A stretch of 64,000 bases of DNA, from positions 48,992-112,991 of the forward strand of contig PMIP01000084.1 in the NCBI GenBank assembly GCA_003158295.1. The letters run 5' to 3'. Each line of letters starts with the position of its first letter. Position 1 is the first letter of the stretch. Both the position numbers and the translations under genes were made by a program. The stretch is from Chloroflexota bacterium (GTDB taxonomy: Bacteria; Chloroflexota; Limnocylindria; Limnocylindrales; CSP1-4). The notes under the pieces are model-generated. The model saw only the letters and a list, made by a program, of their open reading frames with translations. It was not told the origin of the DNA and ran no database searches. Positions 1 through 8,989 of this stretch are shown here, one piece after another.

Positions 1-11
1 GATGCCGACGT

Positions 12-1172
12 TCATGCCTTGACGCCTCCTCTTGGTGTCGGCTGCAGAAGCTTCCGAGTGGCTTCCTGGACGACCTTTCCGCCGTGAGTGATGACAGTCG
101 CGGCGATCACCGGGTCGTCAAAGTCGAGCCTGAGCTCCCCGGCCTTGACGAAGCTGAGGAGAAGGTTCGAGATGTTGCGCGAGTAGAAGGTGCTCGCGCC
201 GGTCGGCATCGACGACGGCAGATTCGTGGGTGCGTGGATCTCGACGCCGTTGGCCGTGATGGTGACCTTGTCCGGGTTGGAGAGCTCGCAGTTGCCGCCC
301 AGTTCGCTTGCCGCCATGTCGATGATGATCGAGCCTGGCCCCATTGCCTCGACGGCAGCACCGGTGACGAGGATTGGCGGCCGCCGGCCGGGAACCTGGG
401 CGGTTGTGATGACCACGTCCTGCGTGGCGATGATGTCGTTGAGCTCGGCCTGCTGAGCGGCCAGTTCTCCCGCTGTGAGGGCTCGCGCATAGCCGCCCTC
501 ACCGGTTGCGTCGGTCACCGAGGTGAGCGTCACGAACTGCGCCCCCAGCGACTCGACCTGTTCCTTGGTCTCGCGCCGGACGTCGTAGGCCTTGACCTGC
601 GCTCCGAGGCGGCGCGCAGTTGCGATTGCCTGGAGTCCCGCGACCCCGACTCCGAGCACGAGCACCTGGGCGGGCTTGGCCGTTCCGGCCGGCGTCGTCA
701 GCAACGGGAAGAATCGCCCGAACGATTCGGCCGCTATCAGCACCGCCTTGTAGCCGCCCACGTTGGCCTGCGAGGAGAGGGCGTCCATCGCCTGAGCTCG
801 GCTGATCGTCCGTGGGATCGCATCGAGGCTGATGGTCGTCAGTTGCAGATTCGCCATCTCCGCCATTGCCTGGGGGTCGAGCAGGGGAGCCAGCATGCCG
901 ATTATCACCTGGCCCGGGTGGGTTGCCTTGAGCTCGGCCGGCGTGGGTCGGTGGATGCGAAGGATGATGTCGCTGCTGGCGTAGAGCGTCGGCGTCGTCA
1001 CGACGCGGGCGTCCGCCTCCACGTAGGAGTCATCCGGGAACGCGGCGGCTTCGCCTGCGCCGCGCTCTACGAGCACGCTGATGTCTGCGGCTCGGAGCTT
1101 GTCGATCGCGTCGGGAACGAGCGCGACGCGTCGCTCTCCCGGTGCGGTCTCCCTGGCGACGCCGACTTTCAT
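12..1172 (-). CDS. pntAA: NAD(P) transhydrogenase alpha subunit, part 1 (PntAA; alanine dehydrogenase/PNT N-terminal and NAD-binding domains)
   Basis: 386 aa. Rossmann motif VLVLGVGVAGLQA and an alanine-dehydrogenase/PNT-like N-terminus MKVGVARETAPGERRVALVPD. Stops short of the membrane domain, as in split actinobacterial PntAA. RBS aggtga ahead of the ATG at 1172. Confidence 0.8.
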   Translation of the reverse strand: MKVGVARETAPGERRVALVPDAIDKLRAADISVLVERGAGEAAAFPDDSYVEADARVVTTPTLYASSDIILRIHRPTPAELKATHPGQVIIGMLAPLLDPQAMAEMANLQLTTISLDAIPRTISRAQAMDALSSQANVGGYKAVLIAAESFGRFFPLLTTPAGTAKPAQVLVLGVGVAGLQAIATARRLGAQVKAYDVRRETKEQVESLGAQFVTLTSVTDATGEGGYARALTAGELAAQQAELNDIIATQDVVITTAQVPGRRPPILVTGAAVEAMGPGSIIIDMAASELGGNCELSNPDKVTITANGVEIHAPTNLPSSMPTGASTFYSRNISNLLLSFVKAGELRLDFDDPVIAATVITHGGKVVQEATRKLLQPTPRGGVKA

Positions 1173-1727
1173 AGTGATATCACCTGCTGTGCGCGGTTTG
1201 GATCGTCCCGCCTATGGGGCCAAAGCGTCCAGCAAGGACGCACATCGTCCGCCGGGACGCCGCGAGTCCAGTGAGGACGCTCTGGAAGTCTAGCCGGGCG
1301 CGGCCGCATGTGTCGCGGCTGGAGGCTTCAGGCGTCGCCGGAGCCCCACTCGGACGGGTGCGGCTCGCACTACGCAACCGGGCGGTCGCGAGGCCCGGTG
1401 CCGCCGCGCCGCGTCGACGATCTGGCCGCCGGGACGGCAACCAGATCCGGCTCCGGGACAAGCCGGTGGAGATCCTGGACTGGTGCCGGAACGGAATCTG
1501 CTCTCGCCGCGGTGCCGGCGGGCAAGCGATCCGCGCGGGAATCTTCGCCTCCGTTTCACACCTCCGCGAAGGACGGCACGGAGATGGCGAGACCTCGAGT
1601 GCTAGGGCGCCGCGAGGATCTCAACTCGACATCTAGTCACACCACGCCGGAAGCGTATAGTCCACATGCCACCGTGCAGCGCGGCGAAGAATGCCACTCG
1701 GATTCGTGAGCTGGAGAGAGGAAGAAG

Positions 1728-2063
1728 ATGGTCAAGGTTAGGAAGGCCGATCCGGCTCTCATGGACAAAGCCGGCCCGCGGACGCGCAAGTTGAGCCCCG
1801 CGGCTCTTGTGCGCGAACAACAACAGCGCCAGTTCAAGCGACTCATTGGTCAGCTCAAAGGACCGCAGCAGGTTTTTGAGGTCCGCCTCGATGCGACCGA
1901 GAAACCGATTACGATCAGGCAGCGGCTCCTGCGCGTTGCCGCGGACGCCAATGTCGAGATCGCGGTGCGAAAGCACGGCGACGGTTTTCTGGTTGGCCTT
2001 CTCACACCTGAGCGACGCACGAACCGCGGCCGACGCCAGGGCGCCCCAGCCGCAAAGGGCTGA
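1728..2063 (+). CDS. hypothetical small basic protein (111 aa)
   Basis: Strong RBS gagaggaagaag immediately upstream of the ATG. No recognisable motif. Sits upstream of the coiled-coil protein. Confidence 0.4.
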   Translation: MVKVRKADPALMDKAGPRTRKLSPAALVREQQQRQFKRLIGQLKGPQQVFEVRLDATEKPITIRQRLLRVAADANVEIAVRKHGDGFLVGLLTPERRTNRGRRQGAPAAKG

Positions 2064-2317
2064 CAACCGGCCGGCAAGGTCGGCCTCAGCGGCGGATCTC
2101 GGGACGCTTTCACTCTTGCTCGGGAGGTCTTCGTTCGGGTCCGTTCGTCGCAGCGCCATGAGGTCTTTCCGGCGCGGCAGCCACCGAGCCCGTAGGGCGG
2201 CCGCCGAGACGGGCGTCCGTGCGGCTCGCCGGCCGTTCTCAGTCGAAGGAGATCCGCGCGGAGTCGGCGTGGGGTCGAGAGTCGCTTGGTAGCATTCCAC
2301 CGGAGGCGCGGACGAGA

Positions 2318-3856
2318 ATGAATCGGGGCCGGTCGAGAGCCAGGCACGAGGGCGAAGAAGCGCTGCCACCGAACGCCGATTCCCCCGGCGCCCGTGTCTC
2401 GGGCGATGGCGACGGAGCGTCGGCCGATCCCCTGAGCGATCAGATCGCTGCCCAGCGGCGCGTCGTCGACATGCGCTGCGGATTTGCGGATCTTGCCAGC
2501 AAGGAGGCGGAAGCGGCAGAGAGCCGGGTGGCGCAGGCCCGGCGCCAGTACGACGAGCAGATCGCCGCTCTGGCGCGAGCACAGGCGGAACTGGAGAAGA
2601 CCAGAACCGCCAAGGAGAAGGCCCGCCGCGTCTATCGGGCCAGCATGGGGGCGGCGACCGAACGCTCGCAGATCGAAGCCGCGGCAAACGCCTGGCTGGG
2701 GGCCATCAACCGCATCAACGGCCAGGTGCGGGTGACTCAGGCACGAATAGAGCGCAAGCGCGAAGCCACCGAGGCTCTGTTGGCGAAGGTGGACAGGCTG
2801 TCGCTGACTGCCGAGGCAAGCCGAGCCATGGCCGACGCGGCGATCGAAGCGTGCGGGGCGTTCCGGGAGTCGTTGCGACTCCTCGAGAATGGGATGCTGA
2901 AAGGCCCGCCGGAGACCACGACCGCGCCGGCGCCACCCGCTGTACCCAAGCCGAAGCCCGGGGCTGCGGCGAAGCCCCCCGCCACACCGAAGCCGGCGGC
3001 CAAGCCAGGGGCGGCGGCCAAGCCAGGGGCGGCGGCCAAGCCAGGGGCGGCGGTGGCCGAGTCTGCGACCAAATCGAAGCCCGCCGCCGCGGTCGCGTCC
3101 AAACCCAAGATCGCGTCCAAGCGCCCGGCACCGACCCCGCCCTCTCCGCCGTCTCCGCTGGCTCCGCCCACTGCCTCGGCTCCAACGGACGCCTCCCCCG
3201 CGGCTCCGGCGCTCGCCTCAGCGCCAACGGTGCCGGTCCAGCCGGCCCGCCCCGAGGGCCGGTTGTCGACAGCCTGGCTGGGTATCGACCTGCGGTCGCC
3301 GGATGGGCAGCCCATCGTAAGACTGCTCCGCGGAGACAGGGCAACCTTGAGCGCGCTGGTCGATAGGTTGGCCGATGTCGACCCTGCCTCACGCAGGCAC
3401 TGGCAGCTTCTCCTGTCGAGCTTCGTCGACGCCCTGGCCGCCGCGGCGATCGACGAGTCTTTCTTCGAGTTTCCGCCCGGAGACGCGTTCTGGGGTCTCT
3501 TCTCGCCGGAGGAGGCCCGAGAGGTGGCCAGAGGCCTGGCCGCACTCGGCTTCCGCTACGACGGATTGGGCGAGTTCGCCGACGGCCACGTGCCGGCGCA
3601 GCGCGATCTCGCCCTGGCTGTCGGGGCTGCCGGCCTGCTGCCGGTCAGGATTCGCTTCTGGCCGCAGGCCACCGAGACTGCCGCTCTGTTTCGCGGCGTG
3701 CGAGTAGCCACCGACCTATTCGTCGCCGAGCGAGCGCCGGCACTGACCCTGGGGGAGGTGGTCCGCATCCTGGGCCGGCGAGCGGAGCAGCTGACCGAGC
3801 TGTGGAACAATTGGCCGCGCGTGCGGCCGGTCCTCTTGACCACGATGGGCGACTAG
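2318..3856 (+). CDS. hypothetical protein: N-terminal coiled coil, basic Ala/Lys/Pro-rich repeat linker (AAKPGAAAKPGAAAKPG, H1/Hlp-like), C-terminal globular domain of unknown function
   Basis: Long ORF with high-GC third positions. Internal start MNRG at 2318 preferred over the ORF-track start at 2219. The low-complexity KPAA/PAAK region resembles the DNA-binding tails of actinobacterial Hlp/HupB. Confidence 0.55.
   Translation: MNRGRSRARHEGEEALPPNADSPGARVSGDGDGASADPLSDQIAAQRRVVDMRCGFADLASKEAEAAESRVAQARRQYDEQIAALARAQAELEKTRTAKEKARRVYRASMGAATERSQIEAAANAWLGAINRINGQVRVTQARIERKREATEALLAKVDRLSLTAEASRAMADAAIEACGAFRESLRLLENGMLKGPPETTTAPAPPAVPKPKPGAAAKPPATPKPAAKPGAAAKPGAAAKPGAAVAESATKSKPAAAVASKPKIASKRPAPTPPSPPSPLAPPTASAPTDASPAAPALASAPTVPVQPARPEGRLSTAWLGIDLRSPDGQPIVRLLRGDRATLSALVDRLADVDPASRRHWQLLLSSFVDALAAAAIDESFFEFPPGDAFWGLFSPEEAREVARGLAALGFRYDGLGEFADGHVPAQRDLALAVGAAGLLPVRIRFWPQATETAALFRGVRVATDLFVAERAPALTLGEVVRILGRRAEQLTELWNNWPRVRPVLLTTMGD
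2990..3055 (+). repeat. 18-bp tandem DNA repeat x3 (gcggccaagccaggggcg) encoding the AAKPGA repeats
   Basis: Perfect triplicated 18-mer visible at 3003-3056. Confidence 0.8.
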
Positions 3857-3886
3857 CCGGAGCGACGCCCCGCGCCCGATCCGGTG

Positions 3887-4678
3887 CTACCCGCGACCCT
3901 TGGGCCTGTTGCCTGCGGGGACCTCCGCTTCGCCGGCCTCTTCGGGATCCTGATCCAGCACGACCAGCCGGTACCCTTCGGCCGCCGCCGTCCCAATTCG
4001 CTTGCCACCTTCGGCGAGCCTTCCGCGTACCCGTTCGAACACGGCTTCCGGGTCGTGGAGCTGGCTGGCGTGGCACCGGAGCGCCTCGATCTTGCGGTCC
4101 GCCGTGGCGGTCACGTCGATCCAGGTGTCCGACTGGTTTCCCCACATCAGATACAGCCGCCGAACCCGGTGCGCGGCGAGACCCCCTCGGGCCAGCCACG
4201 GGAAGGCCATCGGATTGCGAGCCGCCGGATAGACCGCATCGATCGCCGCCAGGGCGGCGGCCCGATGATCGGTGTGATTGATGCCGCCGCCGGCGTGGAC
4301 CACGACTTCCGGATCGCCGCAGAAGACGGCATCGGGCTTGAACGTCCGAATCTCGCGAACGAGCAACTCGCGCAGGGGCATGTCGTTGGCCAGACCACCG
4401 TCCGGTTGATGCATGAAGCTCACGCCTGCGTAGCCGACGATCTCGGCTGCTCTGCGCTGTTCGGCTTCGCGTGCCTTTGCCAGTTCCGTCGGATCGAGAT
4501 TCGGATCCTCGCCGCCGGCCTCGCCCGACGTGCAGCAGACGAGCCAGCCCTCCGAACCGGCGTCGATCCACGCGGCCGCGGATCCCGCCGGCCCGAAGTC
4601 CGCGTCATCCGGGTGCCCGACGATGACCATGAACCGGCGCGGTCGCCAGGTGTGCTGTTGTGCTGTCTCGTCGGTCAT
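3887..4678 (-). CDS. PIG-L/LmbE family N-acetylglucosaminyl deacetylase (MshB/Mca-like)
   Basis: 263 aa. N-terminal VIVGHPDDADFG motif typical of the LmbE zinc-deacetylase family, plus HTDH. Confidence 0.75.
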   Translation of the reverse strand: MTDETAQQHTWRPRRFMVIVGHPDDADFGPAGSAAAWIDAGSEGWLVCCTSGEAGGEDPNLDPTELAKAREAEQRRAAEIVGYAGVSFMHQPDGGLANDMPLRELLVREIRTFKPDAVFCGDPEVVVHAGGGINHTDHRAAALAAIDAVYPAARNPMAFPWLARGGLAAHRVRRLYLMWGNQSDTWIDVTATADRKIEALRCHASQLHDPEAVFERVRGRLAEGGKRIGTAAAEGYRLVVLDQDPEEAGEAEVPAGNRPKGRG

Positions 4679-4900
4679 CTGGTCGTCAGGATCCTCGTTC
4701 GTAACGCCCGTTGTCCGGTGGCACCGGCCCTGCCAGACGGCACCCTAAGGAATGCCAAAAGGTAAGTTCACGAACCGCGATGAGAGTTATCATGCCCGCC
4801 GAGGCTTCGCTCGTCTCCCCCCACGGGCGAAGCCTCTACGCTTGCCCGGGACTCTACACGGTAGATAGGCGGCCCGGGGCGGACGGCCTGCGCGGGACGA

Positions 4901-5386
4901 TCAGACGGGAGTCGCGCGAGCCTCGCGCAAGGCAGCCAGGACCTCGGTGGCGTGGTCCTCTGGCTTGACGTTCGGCCAGACGTGGGCGACGCGGCCATCA
5001 GGTCCCACGAGGAAGCTGGTCCGCAGGATGCCCCAGTAGGTCTTTCCGTAGTTGTGCTTCTCGCCCCACGCACCGTACGAGTCGGCCACGGCGTGATCCT
5101 CGTCCGGTAGCAGGGTGAACGGCAGTCCGTACTTGGCCCGGAAGGCGGCCTTGCTGGCGGCTCCCTGCGGGCTCAAACCCCAGACTTCCGTGTCCTCGTC
5201 GCCAAAGGAGGCATGGGCGTCGCGGAACGAGCAGGCCTCCTTGGTGCAGCCGGTCGTGTCGTCTGCAGGGTAGAAGTAGACAACGGTGAAATGGCCGCGG
5301 CGATCGGAGAGGCGATGCGGCTTCCCGATGTCGTCACGGAGCTCGAAATCGGGGGCGAGCTCCCCCACCTTCGGCATTGTGCTCAT
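4901..5386 (-). CDS. bcp: thioredoxin-dependent peroxiredoxin Bcp
   Basis: 161 aa. [19 protein letters not shown] contains the peroxidatic and resolving cysteines of Bcp/PrxQ. Confidence 0.85.
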   Translation of the reverse strand: MSTMPKVGELAPDFELRDDIGKPHRLSDRRGHFTVVYFYPADDTTGCTKEACSFRDAHASFGDEDTEVWGLSPQGAASKAAFRAKYGLPFTLLPDEDHAVADSYGAWGEKHNYGKTYWGILRTSFLVGPDGRVAHVWPNVKPEDHATEVLAALREARATPV

Positions 5387-5527
5387 GGCATCAGGCTAGC
5401 AGCGACGCGTGGACGACGCCTCGAAGGAACGGTTCCGCATCGCCGGCCGCGACGACCGCGTCGCAATCGGGCGTGCCGGCCTGTGGCGCGCGGCGGTGTT
5501 AGGATCGTGGCAATCGAATACGCCTCC

Positions 5528-5612
5528 GGGGAGCGCCCAGGGCGCTGAGAGTGCGGCTTCAGCCGCAGACCCGCCGTACCTGATCTGGACAATACCAGCG
5601 AAGGAAGCAGGC
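5528..5612 (+). promoter_or_regulatory. TPP (THI-box) riboswitch in the thiD leader
   Basis: GGGGAGCGCCCAGGGCGCUGAGAGUGCGGCUUCAGCCGCAGACCCGCCGUACCUGAUCUGGACAAUACCAGCGAAGGAAG contains the conserved CUGAGA, ACCC and ACCUGAUCUGGAUAAUACCAGCGAAGGGA-type elements, about 65 nt upstream of the thiD start. Confidence 0.85.
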
Positions 5613-5674
5613 TCCGACCACTCCTCGCCGCACTCCCCGCGGAGCGCGGCGAAGTCTGTCTTGAGAGGTCGAAG

Positions 5675-6502
5675 ATGATTCGGGACGAACAACCCGGCGC
5701 GGCGCCACCCCGGCCCAGAGCGCTCACCATCGCCGGCTCGGATTCCGGTGGCGGAGCGGGAATCCAGGCGGACCTCCGGACTTTCGCCGCCTTCGGCGTC
5801 TACGGCGCGTCGGCGATCACCGCGATCACGGCTCAGAACACCATCGGCGTTCGCGCAGTCCATGATGTGCCCGCCGCGGTGGTTGCCGCCCAGATCGACG
5901 CCGTCCTCGACGACATCGGCGCGGACGCGGTCAAGACGGGCATGCTCTCGAACCGGGAGATCATCGAGACCGTCGCCGATCGGTTGCGGGCCCATGCCGT
6001 TACCGCGCTCGTGGTCGATCCGGTCATGGTCGCCAAGAGCGGCGATCGTCTGTTGCGCGAGGACGCGGTTTCTGCCCTGCGCGTTCTGATCCTGCCGCTG
6101 GCCGCCGTCGTGACCCCGAACTCACCCGAGGCGACCGTCCTGTCGGGGATCGACGTCGTCGACGCCACCTCCGCGCGAGAGGCAGCCCGCCGCATCCACG
6201 ACCTGGGCCCGGCCATGGTCGTAGTAAAGGGCGGCCATCTCGGGGGCGATACGTCCGACGATCTGGTCTTCGACGGGCGGACATTCGAGGTCCTGTCGGG
6301 TCGGCGGATCGCCACTCGTCATACCCACGGCACGGGCTGCACATTCTCGGCGGCCATCTGCGCGTGCCTTGCCCGCGGACTGGCCCCGCTCGAGGCGGTG
6401 CGGGAGGCGCGTACCTATGTTCAAGGCGCCATCGAGCACGCCGAGCCGCTCGGCGGAGGTCACGGCCCCGTCAACCATCTCTGGAGGCTCTCGAATGGTT
6501 GA
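5675..6502 (+). CDS. thiD: hydroxymethylpyrimidine/phosphomethylpyrimidine kinase
   Basis: 275 aa. [17 protein letters not shown] and the GTGCT anion hole of ribokinase-like HMP-P kinases. Confidence 0.9.
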   Translation: MIRDEQPGAAPPRPRALTIAGSDSGGGAGIQADLRTFAAFGVYGASAITAITAQNTIGVRAVHDVPAAVVAAQIDAVLDDIGADAVKTGMLSNREIIETVADRLRAHAVTALVVDPVMVAKSGDRLLREDAVSALRVLILPLAAVVTPNSPEATVLSGIDVVDATSAREAARRIHDLGPAMVVVKGGHLGGDTSDDLVFDGRTFEVLSGRRIATRHTHGTGCTFSAAICACLARGLAPLEAVREARTYVQGAIEHAEPLGGGHGPVNHLWRLSNG

Positions 6503-7319
6503 GCTGGATCTGGCGGAACTGACCGCCGCGTCGCTGGAGCGAATTCACCAGCGGACCCCGCTGGTCCACAACATCACCAACTTCGTGGTGATGAACGACA
6601 CGGCGAACGTCCTGCTGGCAATCGGCGCATCGCCGGTCATGGCCCACGCCATCGAGGAAGTCCGCGAGATGGTCTCCTACGCCGGGGCGCTCGTCCTGAA
6701 CATAGGCACCCTGGACACGGAATGGGTCGAGTCGATGCTGATCGCCGGCGAGGAGGCCAATGCCCGCGGGATCCCGATCGTCCTGGATCCCGTCGGGGCG
6801 GGAGCCACCAGACTGCGGACTGCCACGACTCAGCAAATCCTCGACAACGTGAAGTTGGCATCGGTTCGCGGCAATGCCGGCGAGATAGCCACCATCGCCG
6901 GTTTCGAGGCCAAGCTTCGAGGCGTCGACTCCATCTCAGCCGACTCGCCCGACGCGGCCGTCCGAGCTGTTGCGCGCAGGATCGGTGGCGCGGCCGTGGC
7001 CAGTGGCGCGGTCGACTACGTGGCCGATGCCAAGCGCCTGGCCGAGGTCCGGAACGGCGACCCGCTCATGGGCCGCATCACCGGGTCCGGGTGCATGGCC
7101 ACCGCCCTGGTCGGGGCCTTTCTGGCGGTGGAGCCGGATCCGTTCCTGGCCAGCGTCGAGGCCATGATCGCCTTCGGGATCGCCGGCGAGGCCGCGGCGA
7201 AGGTCAGCTCCGGCCCCGGGACGTTCCGATCCAACCTGATGGATGCGGTCGCGAACCTTGATCGCGCGACGATCCTGGCCGGAGCCCGGGCCACGACGAG
7301 GGAGGTGGAGCCGGCATGA
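6495..7319 (+). CDS. thiM: hydroxyethylthiazole kinase
   Basis: Internal start MVELD overlaps the thiD stop by 8 nt. PLVHNITNFVVMNDTAN and the GSGC motif are typical of ThiM. Confidence 0.85.
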   Translation: MVELDLAELTAASLERIHQRTPLVHNITNFVVMNDTANVLLAIGASPVMAHAIEEVREMVSYAGALVLNIGTLDTEWVESMLIAGEEANARGIPIVLDPVGAGATRLRTATTQQILDNVKLASVRGNAGEIATIAGFEAKLRGVDSISADSPDAAVRAVARRIGGAAVASGAVDYVADAKRLAEVRNGDPLMGRITGSGCMATALVGAFLAVEPDPFLASVEAMIAFGIAGEAAAKVSSGPGTFRSNLMDAVANLDRATILAGARATTREVEPA

Positions 7320-7993
7320 CCGAACCCAGCCGCGAGCGCATTCGAAGGCGCGAGATGATCCGAACCTCCGCCGTCTACCTCGTCACGGAGGAGGCGCTGA
7401 GCGCCGGCCGCCGCTCGGAGGAGATAGCCGAGGCCGCGCTACGGGCCGGGGTGAGGGTCGTCCAGGTACGCGAGAAGGAAGGATCCGCCCGCCGCGCCCT
7501 GGAGGTGGCATTGAACCTGCGCGAGCTCACCCGCCGCTACGGCGCACTGATGCTCGTCAACGACCGAATCGACATCGCCATCGCCGCCGGAGCGGACGGC
7601 GTCCACGTAGGCCAGGAAGATCTGCCCGTGGAGCTGGCCCGGCGCCTGCTGGGCGACGACGCGCTCGTCGGCCTTTCGATCACGGGCGCCGATCAGCTGG
7701 CCGCCCGTGACGCTGCCGAGGCCGACTATCTGGGCGTAGGCGCGGTCTTTCCGACGGGCTCGAAGGGCGACGCGACACTGAGCGGCTTGCCTTTGCTGGC
7801 GGCTGCCCGGGCCGCCACTCAGGCCCCGGTCGTGGCCATCGGCGGAATCGACGCCGGCAACGCCGGGCTCGCCATCGTCGCAGGCGCCGACGGCGTCGCC
7901 GTCATCAGCGCCGTCGCCGCGGCCGCCGACCCGGCCGCAGCCGTGGAAGCCCTTTCGGCGGCCGTGGTCGCGGCCAAGGCAGGTCGTCGATGA
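7316..7993 (+). CDS. thiE: thiamine-phosphate synthase
   Basis: 225 aa. VQVREK, LVNDRIDIA and GVHVGQED motifs of ThiE. ATGA overlap with thiM. Confidence 0.85.
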   Translation: MTEPSRERIRRREMIRTSAVYLVTEEALSAGRRSEEIAEAALRAGVRVVQVREKEGSARRALEVALNLRELTRRYGALMLVNDRIDIAIAAGADGVHVGQEDLPVELARRLLGDDALVGLSITGADQLAARDAAEADYLGVGAVFPTGSKGDATLSGLPLLAAARAATQAPVVAIGGIDAGNAGLAIVAGADGVAVISAVAAAADPAAAVEALSAAVVAAKAGRR

Positions 7994-8973
7994 GCGGCGC
8001 CGGTGAGTTCGAGCTCATCGACGCTCTGTCCGCCCGCCTGGACCCTCCCGACGAGGGGCTCGGGATCGGCGACGATGCCGCGGCGTGGCGGCCCGGGGCA
8101 GGCTCGGTGGTGGTGGCAACGACGGACATGCTGGTCGAGGGGATCCACTTCCGGCTCGACTGGACTTCACCGCGGGATCTGGGCTGGAAAGCTCTGGCGG
8201 TGAGTCTCTCGGACCTGGCCGCCATGGGGGCACGGCCCGGCCGTGGCCTCGTCTCAGTCGCCCTCCTGCCGGGTCAGACGGAGCTGGTCGAGGAGCTGTA
8301 CGAGGGTATGAGCGATCTGGCCCGCCTCACCGGCTCGCGGATCGTCGGCGGGGACACCGTCCGCAGTCCGGGGCCGCTGGTCGTCAACGTGGCGATGCTC
8401 GGCGAGGCGTATCCGGACCAACTTCTGCGGCGCGACGGAGCTCGCCCCGGCGACCTGCTGGCCCTTACCGGGACCGTGGGCGCCGCTGCCGCCGGCCTGG
8501 ATCTGCTCCTGCGCGACGATCGGAAGTCGCTTGAGCGGCCGGAGGCAGTGCCGCTCCTGGCCGCGCTGCACCGTCCCCAGCCCCGGCTGGCTGCCGGAGC
8601 GGTCCTGGCCGCCCTCGGCCTCAGATGCGCCATCGACGTCAGTGACGGTGTCGCGAGCGAAGCGTGGCACCTGGCCCGAGCGAGCCGGGTCGCGATCGAG
8701 ATCGATGTGGACCGGTTGCCGCTGGCCGCTGAAGCGGTGGCGCTGCTCGGCCGGTCGAAGTCCCGCGACCTGGCCCTCTCCGGCGGCGAGGACTATCAGC
8801 TCCTATTCGCCGTGTCGGAACCGAGGCTGGCGGAGATCTCGGATGCGCTGGGCGACGGCGCTGCACCGACCGTCGTGGGTCGTGTCACGGGCGAGTGTCC
8901 GGGCGGCCGCGTGACCTTCCTGGCGTCGGGCCGGCCGATCGAAACGACCGCCGACGGCTACGTGGCCTTCTGA
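7990..8973 (+). CDS. thiL: thiamine-monophosphate kinase
   Basis: 327 aa. AIR-synthase-related fold with GDDAA and DMLVEGIHF N-terminal motifs. ATGA overlap with thiE. Confidence 0.85.
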   Translation: MSGAGEFELIDALSARLDPPDEGLGIGDDAAAWRPGAGSVVVATTDMLVEGIHFRLDWTSPRDLGWKALAVSLSDLAAMGARPGRGLVSVALLPGQTELVEELYEGMSDLARLTGSRIVGGDTVRSPGPLVVNVAMLGEAYPDQLLRRDGARPGDLLALTGTVGAAAAGLDLLLRDDRKSLERPEAVPLLAALHRPQPRLAAGAVLAALGLRCAIDVSDGVASEAWHLARASRVAIEIDVDRLPLAAEAVALLGRSKSRDLALSGGEDYQLLFAVSEPRLAEISDALGDGAAPTVVGRVTGECPGGRVTFLASGRPIETTADGYVAF

Positions 8974-8989
8974 GCGACGGAGGATCGAT

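Noticed and set aside
2219-2317. Upstream ATG of the coiled-coil protein (ORF-track start)
   Set aside because: Yields an Arg/Ser-rich N-terminus and leaves no room for a promoter after the upstream ORF. The internal ATG at 2318 with a ggagg RBS is preferred, though this is not certain.
1602-2687. 361-aa minus-strand ORF and other long antisense ORFs (19521-20840, 46192-47904, 57478-58722, 14569-15633, 25006-25899)
   Set aside because: All are shadow ORFs opposite confidently identified genes (cydB, ABC exporter, M24 peptidase, WYL gene, metX) with Arg/Pro-dominated composition.
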